Shown piece by piece: positions 14,411 through 25,920 of a stretch of 64,000 nucleotides of DNA (the first letter of the stretch is position 1; the number at the start of each line of letters is the position of its first letter). The DNA is from Paraspadella gotoi. Its lineage: Eukaryota; Animalia; Chaetognatha. The notes under the pieces are model-generated. The model made no database searches and was not told the DNA's origin. It saw nothing but the letters and a program-made list of their open reading frames with translations. Made by a program: the position numbers and the translations under genes. The stretch spans positions 302,371 to 366,370 of the forward strand of contig CM119267.1 of assembly GCA_051294375.1 (NCBI GenBank). Direction: 5' to 3'.

Positions 14411-14905
14411 TATTCCTTTTGTCTCATACTAGTTCAATCAAACTTTTAAAAAATTCTAAAATTATCCGAGTTAACTTTTTACTCACATTTCTTGATCCTA
14501 TATTTTAAATCTTTACTAGCTTAAAAACTTTTTACTGTTGTTAAATGTATGTTGAATTAGTGATTTTAATTTCAATTGTAGGTGATTTAAATTTCAATTG
14601 AATTGACCTTTAGAGATTGTAACCCGTGAAAAATATGATTGCATTCAAAGTTTGATGAGTTAGAATAATTTTTAAAATTTTTTTAGTTTTTATTCTAAGT
14701 ATTTTAAAACACTTGTTACAGTGTTCCTAATACTTTTGTACACTTGTTTTTGTATATTATTGTTGGGTCACCTATACATCTATTTCTTTTTTTCAAGAAA
14801 AACTATTTTACTTTCTACTTCAGTTTAAAATAAAACTACTTTTTTGTTTCTTGCAATGGTTTTTTTTTAATTCTTTTTTTCAGGCAAATTGGTACTCATT
14901 CAAAA

Positions 14906-17900
14906 ATGATCTCAACTTTATATGACTCGTCTTTTCTGCGACTCCCCATGCTTTCTGCCCTATCACCTACTTACCTTCAACATTTTACGTCACTTGCAAT
15001 CTACGTAAAAGTTCACTCTCTCTATCTCGCTCTTCTCGTTTACTCATCGCCTCTTCCTCCATTGGACATTCCCAATGTAGATTTTTACAATATTCGTGAA
15101 AGAACATTTATTTGCAACGACCAGAAAGTCGTATCTTTATCAATGGCGTCACATTGGAGTCTTGGACAGCGAGTCGTGTTATTAATCTGCCGAACGCTTA
15201 AGCATCCATTTTATCAAAGCTTTGGCTTCGGCAAGGGATGCTTCATCAATATTCGCTTCCAATTGCCCAGAATATGCTGTCGTGTGTCTTGGCAGTCTTG
15301 TCAGTGGGTGGTGTTGTATCACCAGCCAACCCTCTTTGTCAACTGCGCAGCTTGAGAACCAAGTTAGTTTTAACTGTTTTAAAGAGATTCTTTTATGAGT
15401 TTGGTACTTATTTGATTTTTTGCGTTAACACTTACTCCTGCAGATAAGACAGCTGATGCAAAGTTCTTGCTTGTACAACAACTTGCTTATCGATTGCGGA
15501 AGAGGGTGTTTCATAAAACTAATCTCAGGAATATCATCGTAATGGATGGTGAATAAAGCATCCAAATTTCTGTCACTAAAGGCTATCATGAGAGATTGAT
15601 GTTTCAAGTCGCCCATAAATTATTTCATAATTTCCCCTTAAAATTTGACTTTGATGAGAAAGCTGCTTTTCTCGTCTACAGCAGCGGTACGGACAGGTTT
15701 GCCAAAAAGCTGTTGTCTTAACACACAAGAACATTATTGCTAGTCAACTTCAAATGGACACATGAAATCTTCAAATCTGCTAATAAAGGTGGGATGAATT
15801 TTTTTTTTACAAAAAATTTACAATAAATTTTAAATTTTTACGATATATTAAATAAATATATAGAAAATAACAAGTAAAGCCGGATTCAAGTCAATTTAAT
15901 TAATGTTATTAAGCAACAAGTTTTTTTGTCTTTAAATTCAAAATGGGTAATATTAGATGATAATATTAGATTTTATTATAATTTAAATTAAAATATTTAA
16001 AGTTTGAATTATCTAGTTTGTTTGCTTTAAAATTAATACTATGTATGTTAGAGATGCACATACGGACTTGGGAACACGATTGAGCATCCTTCATATTAAT
16101 TTCTCTTATTGTTGACTTCATCAATAACCGTAACGCCATTAGTAGTATTAATTGGAAGTTAGTTGTAATTTAGGACAATCGAATAGCAATCAGTAAAAGC
16201 CATTGAGAAGAGCAATCAGCAGAGTGAAGAGCTGTGGAAGCTTCAAAAGCTACAAAAAAATAACCATTTTATTAATACTAATTCCACTATTTAATAATTT
16301 CAGTAAATCAATCAATTACCTTATGGTCCCAGGCGCAATCTCTTCAAAAAAAAAAAAAATTGCCCTTTCTTTTATACAAAGACTAAATTTAATGGACCAA
16401 TGAGAAAAAAGATCTTCTTTAAAATTATTGAGAATTCAATCATTAATTATTATTGGTAGAATTCGACCAAGAGAGTAAAGATAATATAAAATCATTAAAG
16501 TTGAGACAAAAACCAATTGACGTGATTCAGATATTCACGAAGAGAATTGTTTGATTTAAAATCATTTCTAACAATGTAGCTGGTTTTTTTTGGAAGGGTA
16601 ATATTTTTGAATGCTTCAGAAGACTACGCAATAGAGTGGAGCACTCAAGAGCAAAAAAATTACTTGAATGACTGAACAAGTATATTCAGATGTGAGATAG
16701 TATGATTAACTAGTACAAAAAATATTTTTTTTGTATTGTCTCGGGAAACATAATAGTAAAATATAATATATTTGTAGTAATATCTTATAAAATAATACAT
16801 TTAAAATTTTTTTTTTAAACTTTTTATTAAAGATTCAGATTCTTCATAAAAAGTTGAATCAAAAATATAAAACATGTTATCAAATATTCTTTCTTCAGCA
16901 TTTAAAATGGGGAAAAAAAGGTAAAAATTCATGACTTTTTTTATTTCTGTAGTAAAAACTTATATATGTTAAAACATTTTAGTCATTTTTTATGATCTAA
17001 ACATTAGAATATCATATAACATATTTTATAAAAGTTTCTTAGTTTTTTATGGTAAATCCAAATCTGTTCTAAAAATTAAAAAAAATATTTTGAAATTTAA
17101 CGATTTTTATAAGGATATTATTACATAAATAATTTAATTTACTATACTGTTATGCTACAAAAATTTTAAAAGGATTTAAAATTTATTAATTACATGTCCA
17201 TAGCGCAGCAAAAAAATAATATTCAATCACTCAATCTTTTCATCACTCCACCCTACTACGCAATTCACATTTATATTTTCTACTCCAGATGAATGCATAA
17301 TGGGCCTGCTACCTTTCTGACCATGTCTACGGCTTGTTTTGAAGTCCTTTTCAATTTGACTTCTCATCATGTATGCGTCGTTACTCTTCCAGCTTTTAAG
17401 CCGGCCTCATTTTCTCTCTGCCATCCCAATTACAACCGCATAACGGTTGATGCATCTTTGTTCCAACTCTTGTAATTTTCCTAGCCAAGAATCCTCTGGT
17501 TGATGACTATGACGTGCTTTCCATTCGTACAATTTTTTGTGGTGCTGCACCATTGAGCGCCGATGAAGAATCTATGTTCAAACAACGATGCAATATTATT
17601 GATCATCGTCAAGGTACGCGGTTAACAGAAACGTCATCAATGGTGACAGCAATGTCTTCTTGTCCGAGGATGCAGCTCCCAGGCTCGAGTGGAATTTTAG
17701 TGCAGAACACGGAAGCACGAATTGTTGAATCCAGAAAACGGGTCGAGATGCAAATGAAGAGGAACAAGGTGAGATTTTGGTACGAGGCCCACAAAATTAT
17801 GAAAGGCTATTTGAACAATACGAGGGCATCGGAAGAAAGTTTTGTAAAGTTGGGTTTCAAACGGGAGATATTGGCGGTTTTCATCCGAAGGTCAACTTAT

Positions 17901-18260
17901 ATTACTGGGCGTTTAAAGGAAATGAATCAAGTACAAAGGAGACATCAAATTGCGCCGGTGGAGTTGGAATCGCTTCTCTTGACGCATCCTGATGTTGTTG
18001 ATGCTGCTCGTTTTTGAGATAAATGCTTCAGAGGATGTAGGAGAACTGCCTAAAGCATTCATTTGTTCTGAGAGAGGGGTAAAAAATGGTGACGAAAGCT
18101 CATGTTCAAGAATTCATGAATCAAAGAATTAAGTCACATATGAGTTGCGAGGCGGAGTGCAGTTTCTTGGATAAAAATTCCGAGCATCTTCGTGGAAAAA
18201 TCTTAAGAGGAAACTTAAGTGAAAAAAAAAACATTTTCAGTAATAAAGGCATTGGGTAGC
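14906..18260 (+). CDS. Luciferase/4CL-like acyl-CoA synthetase, paralogue 3, copy a (3 exons; many 1-bp indels; the only copy containing exon 1)
   Basis: Exons ~14906-15362, 15444-15788, 17291-18260. VYSSGT.GLPK motif; last exon nearly identical to the intact ORF at 24537-25589 apart from indels. Confidence 0.75.
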
Positions 18261-18597
18261 CTTAATTATATACGTGTTGTAGATTTATAGATTTTCTAAT
18301 TTTGTTATATTCCCATGTCTACCCAACGTTTTAAATCCTGACCATGATACCTATTGATTGTTTACAATTTCTTGTAATAATAAGTGTTTTCATTTTATGA
18401 TATAGATTATTCTCTTTCTTTGCGATGGGGCTGTTGTAATATGTAATGAAATACACATATTGACACCATTTTTTAATTGAAAATTGGGCTCTCAATATAT
18501 TGTTGTTTTCTCCGAATATTGTTTTATTACAATTTATTACGTGTAGTAAGCGAATTTGTTTGCTATTTTTGTTTTTCATTTTATACCGTTTACACAG

Positions 18598-21525
18598 ATG
18601 TTGTCAAATTGCATTCTTTCGTTCTTCCCGTGGGTACATATTAATCTCTTCGATCTTCCATCAAAAACACTTGCGTCATGGACGCAAGCTCAATTCCTCA
18701 CTCAGGAAACAATCGAGGTTTCATTTTCAGATGTTCGTCCTTAATTTCTTTCTCCACACCGCAAACCCGTCAATAAGCTCAGCCATTCTCTCCCGCTCAC
18801 TAGTCTACTCGTCCAATCTTCCCCCATAGAAATCCCCGATGTGGATTTGTACAGTTTCGTCAAAGAGTCCACGTCGTCATCCTGAGGATAAACTTTCATC
18901 AATGGAATCACTTTGGAATCTTGGACCCGCGAGGACGGTTGATTCTAGCAGCGAACGAGTTGCTGGAGTTCTGCAGAGATTAGAGCTTCAACAAGGGATA
19001 GTCTTCTGATTTTTGCGACCAACTGCCCGGAATAGTATTTGCTGTTTGTGTTTGGCCGCATTGTCGCTGGGAGGCGTCGTGTCTCCAGCTAATACGTCTT
19101 ATGTTCCTTTACAGCTTCAATCGCAGGTATGCTATGTAATTTAAACAAATGTATAAAGGATAAATTATTTCATTGTTTTATTCTTTCGCAAGATTGAAGT
19201 TTCCAAAGCATCGACCTCGTCTTCACCTCCAACTTGACAACAACAGCGACGAAAGTCTTTCGTGATTCCGACCAACTCAAAATCTTCTCGTCATAGACGG
19301 CGACGCCAGGGAAAGACTTTGCGTCCCTGAAGGAACATTATGGTCGACAGCGCCAATGCTGAATCGTCTCAGTTAGTGGCACCAAAAAACTAGATGCCGC
19401 CAATGCTACGGCTTTCCTTCCCTTCAGCAGCGGAACGACTGGTCTGGCCAAAAGGCGTCATTTTGACTCACAGGAACATCGTGGCCAATCAAGTTCACCA
19501 GCTTCATGACGACTTTAAAATCGGCGAGACCAGGCGAGCATAAAAATTACAGAGTTTATCTAAAAATTGCTTATCCTCCCATTTTGTCTTCTTTCGGTCA
19601 TCTTGACAAATTTTTGATGGAACAAATTTTTGGGTTTCCTCCCAAATGTCACAGAATTGCTTAGCAACCTTCAAATCATTCATGATAACTCTCTGAGCCC
19701 TGTTTTCTTTTATCCAAGTTTCTTTCCAACACCCCAGTCCTCTTTGACTTTCAATTCACTCCTTCAGGCGAATGCGTCTTAGGACTTCTCCCCTTCACCA
19801 CCTTTATGGTCTTCGGTCATTCTCATCAACCTCACACTTCATTCGCGCATGCGTCGTGACTCTTCCAGAATTCACCCCGGAATCCTTTCTCGGTGCAATT
19901 CAACGTCACCGCATTGGAGTTCGAATATAAAGAGATTGGCGATTTATCAAATAAAAATTTTATCAGTTTGCATCAACACTAAATCAATATTTTTTTGTTT
20001 CAGTGCCTTACATAGCCCACCGCTCGTTCATATTCCTGACCAAACATCCTCTTGGGACAATTTTGACATTTCTTCGGTCAGGGCGGGTAGTTGTGCTGCG
20101 GAGCTTGCAGCGCTTGCGGGAGGGAACGGAGGCGGCGCTGCGGTCCCGCTGCGGTCTGGAGGATCTGCGTCAGGTATTGAGGGGCGATTTATTTATTTAA
20201 TTTATTAATCTAATACGTTCTCCTTGGGCTACGGTCTCACCAGATTCCCCACCCTGACCATGACTCCGCGCGGCCGGAGATGCAAACGCGCCGGCTCCAG
20301 CGGAGCGTCTGCTGCAAAATACTGAAGGCGCGGATCGTTAATGCGGAAACTGGAGAGGATTTGGATAAGAGAGGCTCAGGGTAAAAGGTAGTAATAGGAT
20401 AATAATAGGCGCGTTAGGTGGTTAATAGAGTGAGTTAATCGGGCGGTGAGGTAGGTTATATGATAAACGTCTCTTTGATTAATGGCAGATAAAGATTTGG
20501 TTGAATAGAGAAAAAAGAGGAGTTGCAATATTTAAAACCCATCTTTTAAAAACAGAAAATCATCTGTACTAATATTCTTCTTACCCCCAACATTTTTTTT
20601 ACAAAATGATTAAATTTATTAACTTATACACAAAATACTTGAAAAATTACAAATTTAAAAAAAAAAAAGATTGAATTTAAACATCTTGTATTGTTCATCA
20701 CCAGGAGAAATTTGGGTTCGAGCGTCCTCAAGTAATGAAGGGCTACTTGAACAATGAAGAGGCGGACTGCTCTTGTCTGGTGACGGTGGTTCCGGACGGG
20801 GCGACTTGGGGTATTTTACTAAAGATGGACACCTTTATGTCACGGAGTTGAATGGATAATTATTATTTTACTTTTTAAATTAATTAATATTTATGTAATA
20901 CTTAAACCGGGTCAGATTCATTCCAATTTTTAAGTTCATTTTATCTTTTAAAAAATGATTTTAACTCTTCGTGAACACAGTATTTAAGCTCAGATTATTA
21001 AATTTATAAATAATAGATTATAATATAATACTATCCAGCCAACTATTAAAATGAAAGTTTTATATGGATACTAATTAATATAATTAACACGCAATTAACA
21101 TGCGCTTACTTTAATTACTCTTTTTTTTATTAATACCCTGATAAATAAATAACTATTTAACTAATAATAACCTTTATTGACCAAGCCTTCCTTTCCAGGT
21201 GCCTCAGAAAGAATTGATTCAGTACAAAGGCCATTCAAGTTCCTCCAGCAGAAATATTAGACGGCTGTGCTTCTCACTCATCCCGAGATCGCCGACGCCG
21301 CCGTCATTCGGCGTCTCCGCTTCGGGAAGTGGAGGAGCTCCCCAAAGCCTTTCGTGGTCTCGAAGGGCGAAAGCCATGAGGCGCGTTGGGAGAGCGGAAG
21401 TTGCATCTTGTCGTGTGGATGAGATGGCGTCTCGTCGCAGATGAGGCTTCGTGGAGGGATCGAGTTTTGTGGAGGAATCCCGAAACGCCTCCGGAAAGAT
21501 CTTGAGGAGGCGAGTTGCCAGTTTA
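18598..21525 (+). CDS. Luciferase/4CL-like acyl-CoA synthetase, paralogue 4, copy a (indel-riddled duplicate of 25921-28831)
   Basis: Exons and introns colinear with the 25921-28831 copy; differences are mostly single-base indels. Confidence 0.7.
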
Positions 21526-21944
21526 AAGACTCAGGGCGCAGTTGAAAAAAATTTGATTTTGTGGGTATGTGAATTCGATCAAGAGAAGAGCAAGAATGAT
21601 TTATTCTTCACTACCACAATTTCACAATAATCCAAATAAATCATTCATAAAAATATATTAATATAAATATTAAAATTAAATTAATTTGATAATATTATTT
21701 TTTATTTGTTTATAAAAAAAAATTGTTAATTTTATTTAAACAATGCTTAGGAGGAACAATTCAAAAGTTTAAATTTTAAAAAAAAATTTTAAATTTAAAT
21801 AAATATATGTTTTTTGAAGTTTTTATACATAAATAGCTATTTCAATAAATAATTTTTTAGTATTATCTGTTATCAATGGATAACCCATATAAATTTTTAT
21901 CAAAGAGATTCTCTCTCTTNNNNNNNNNNNNNNNNNNNNNNNNN

Positions 21945-24900
21945 CCTTAAAATTTGACTTTGATGAGAAAGCTGCTTTTCTCGTCTACAGCAGCGGTACG
22001 ACAGGTTTGCCAAAAGCTGTTGTCTTAACACACAAGAACATTATTGCTAGTCAACTTCAAATGACACATGAAATCTTCAAATCTGCTAATAAAGGTGGGA
22101 TGAATTTTTTTTTTACAAAAAATTTACAATAAATTTTAAATTTTTTTACGATATATTAAATAAATATATAGAAAATACAAGTAAGCCGGATTCAAGTCAA
22201 TTTAATTAATGTATTAAGCAACAAGTTTTTTGTCTTTTAAATTCAAAATGGTAATATTNNNNNNNNNNTTTTAACTGTTTTAAGAGATTCTTTTTATGAG
22301 TTTGGTACTTATTGATTTTTTGGGTTAACACTTACGTCCTGCAGATAAAGACAGCTGATGCAAAGTTTCTTGCTTGTACAAACAACTTGTTATCGATTGC
22401 GGAAGAGGTGTTTCATAAAACTAATCTCAGGAATATCATCGTAATGGATGGTGATAAAGCATCCAAATTTCTGTCACTAAAGGCTATCATGAGAGATGAT
22501 GTTCAAGTCGCCCATAAATTATTTCATAATTTCCCCTTAAAATTTGACTTTGATGAGAAAGCTGCTTTTCTCGNNNNNNNNNNNNNNNNNNNNNNNNNNN
22601 NNNNNNNNNNNNNNNNNNNNNNNNNNNNNNNNNNNNNNNNNNNNNNNNNNNNNNNNNNNNNNNNNNNNNNNNNNNNNNNNNNNNNNNNNNNNNNNNNNNN
22701 NNNNNNNNNNNNNNNNNNNNNNNNNNNNNNNNNNNNNNNNNNNNNNNNNNNNNNNNNNNNNNNNNNNNNNNNNNNNNNNNNNNNNNNNNNNNNNNNNNNN
22801 NNNNNNNNNNNNNNNNNNNNNNNNNNNNNNNNNNNNNNNNNNNNNNNNNNNNNNNNNNNNNNNNNNNNNNNNNNNNNNNNNNNNNNNNNNNNNNNNNNNN
22901 NNNNNNNNNNNNNNNNNNNNNNNNNNNNNNCAAAATGGTAATATTAGATGATAATATTAGATTTTATTATAATTTAATTATGTATAGACTTTCGATTTCG
23001 TTGTTTTTTAGCATNNNNNNNNNNNNNNNNNNNNNNNNNNNNNNNNNNNNNNNNNNNNNNNNNNNNNNNNNNNNNNNNNNNNNNNNNNNNNNNNNNNNNN
23101 NNNNNNNNNNNNNNNNNNNNNNNNNNNNNNNNNNNNNNNNNNNNNNNNNNNNNNNNNNNNNNNNNNNNNNNNNNNNNNNNNNNNNNNNNNNNNNNNNNNN
23201 NNNNNNNNNNNNNNNNNNNNNNNNNNNNNNNNNNNNNNNNNNNNNNNNNNNNNNNNNNNNNNNNNNNNNNNNNNNNNNNNNNNNNNNNNNNNNNNNNNNN
23301 NNNNNNNNNNNNNNNNNNNNNNNNNNNNNNNNTTAATTAAAATATTTAAGTTTGAATAATCTAGTTTTGTTGCTTTAAAATTTAATACTATGTATGTTAG
23401 AGATTGCACATTACGGACTTGGGAACACGATTGAGCATCCTTCATATTAATTTCTCTATTGTTGACTCATCAATAACCGTAACGCCATTAGTAGTATTAA
23501 TTGAAGTTAGTTGTAATTTAGGACAATCGAAATAGCAATCAGTAAAGCCATTGGAAGAGCAATCAGAAGAGTGGAAGAGCTGTGGAAGCTCAAAAGCTAC
23601 AAAAAATAACCATTTATTAATACTAATTCCACTATTTAATAATTTCAGTAAATCAATCAATTACCTTATGGTCCCAGGGCAATCTCTTCAAAAAATAAAA
23701 GTTGCCCTTTCTTTTATACAAAGACTAAATTTAATGGACCAATGAGAAAAAAGATCTTCTTTAAAATTATTGAGAATTCAATCATTAATTATTATTGGTA
23801 GAATTCGACCAATGAGAGTAAAGATAATATAAAATCATTAAAGTTGAGACAAAAACCAATTGACGTGATTCAGATATTCACGAAGAGAATTTGTTTGATT
23901 TAAAATCATTTCTAACAATGTAGCTGGTTTTTTTTGGAAGGGTAATATTTTTGAATGCTTCAGAAGACTACGCAATAGAGTGGAGCACTCAAGAGCAAAA
24001 AAATTACTTGAATGACTGAACAAGTATATTCAGATGTGAGATAGTATGATTAACTAGTACAAAAAATATTTTTTTTGTATTGTCTCGGGAACATAATAGT
24101 AAAATATAATATATTTGTAGTAATATTCTTATAAAATAATACATTTAAAATTTTTTTTTTTAAACTTTTATTAAAGATTCAGATTCTTCATAAAAAGTTG
24201 AATCAAAAATATAAAACATGTTATCAAATATTCTTTCTTCAGCATTTAAAATGGGAAAAAAGGTAAAAATTCATGACTTTTTTATTCTCTGTAGTAAAAA
24301 CTTATATATGTTAAAACATTTTAGTCATTTTTTATGATCTAAACATTAGAATATCATATAACATATTTTATAAAAGTTTCTTAGTTTTTTATGGTAAATC
24401 CAAATCTGTTCTTAAAAATTAAAAAAAATATTTTGAAATTTAACGATTTTATAAGGATATTATTACATAAATAATTTAATTTACTATACTGTTATGCTAC
24501 AAAAATTTTTAAAAGGATTTAAAATTTATTAATTACATGTCCATAGGCAGCAAAAAAATAATATTCAATCACTCAATCTTTTCATCACTCCACCCTACTA
24601 CGCAATTCACATTTATATTTTCTACTCCAGATGAATGCATAATGGGCCTGCTACCTTTCTACCATGTCTACGGCTTGTTTGAAGTCCTTTTCAATTTGAC
24701 TCTCCATCATGTATGCGTCGTTACTCTTCCAGCTTTTAAGCCGGCCTCATTTCTATCTGCCATCCAATTACACCGCATAACGGTGATGCATCTTGTTCCA
24801 ACTCTTGTAATTTTCCTAGCCAAGAATCCTCTGGTTGATGACTATGACGTGTCTTCCATTCGTACAATTTTTTGTGGTGCTGCACCATTGAGCGCCGATG

Positions 24901-25589
24901 AAGAATCTATGTTCAAACAACGATGCAATATTATTGATCATCGTCAAGGTTACGGGTTAACAGAAACGTCATCAATGGTGACAGCAATGTCTTCTTGTCC
25001 GAGGATGCAGCTCCCAGGCTCGAGTGGAATTTTAGTGCAGAACACGGAAGCACGAATTGTGAATCCAGAAACGGGTCGAGATGCAAATGAAGAGGAACAA
25101 GGTGAGATTTTGGTACGAGGCCCACAAATTATGAAAGGCTATTTGAACAATACGAGGGCATCGGAAGAAAGTTTTGTAGAAGGTTGGTTTCAAACGGGAG
25201 ATATTGGACGGTTTTCATCCGAAGGTCAACTTTATATTACTGGGCGTTTAAAGGAAATGATCAAGTACAAAGGACATCAAATTGCGCCGGTGGAGTTGGA
25301 ATCGCTTCTCTTGACGCATCCTGATGTTGTTGATGCTGCTGTTGTTGGAGTAAATGCTTCAGAGGATGTAGGAGAACTGCCTAAAGCATTCATTGTTCTG
25401 AGAGATGGGGTAAAAAATGTTGACGAAGCTCATGTTCAAGAATTCATGAATCAAAGAATAATGTCACATATGAGGTTGCGAGGCGGAGTGCAGTTCTTGG
25501 ATAAAATTCCGAGGTCATCTTCGGGAAAAATCTTAAGAGGAAACTTAAGTGAAAAAAAAAACATTTTCAGTAATAAAGGCATTGGGTAG
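21945..25589 (+). CDS. Paralogue 3, copy b (exon 2 pieces around gaps plus an intact terminal exon 24631-25589)
   Basis: [17 protein letters not shown] at ~21980; terminal exon LLPFYHVYG, CGAAP, RQGYGLTET, WFQTGDIG, GRLKEMIKYKGHQIAP, PRSSSGKILRGNLSEKKNIFSNKGIG*. Confidence 0.85.
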
Positions 25590-25920
25590 CCTTAATTATT
25601 ATAGTGTTGTAGATTTATAGATTTTCTAATTTTGTTATATTCCCATGTCTACCCAACGTTTTAAATCCTGACCATGATACCTATTGATTGTTACAATTTC
25701 TGTAATAATAAGTGTTTCATTTTATGATATAGATTATTCTCTTTCTTTGCGATGGGGCTGTTGTAATATGTAATGAAATACACATATGACACCATTTTTT
25801 AATTGAAAATTGGCTCTCAATATATTGTTGTTTCTCCGAATATTGTTTATTACAATTTATTACGTGTAGTAAGCGAATTTGTTTGCTATTTTGTTTTTCA
25901 TTTTATACCGTTTTACACAG

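Noticed and set aside
14906-21525. Pseudogene call for copy a of paralogues 3-4
   Set aside because: The error pattern (indels much more frequent than substitutions) fits uncorrected reads better than decay.
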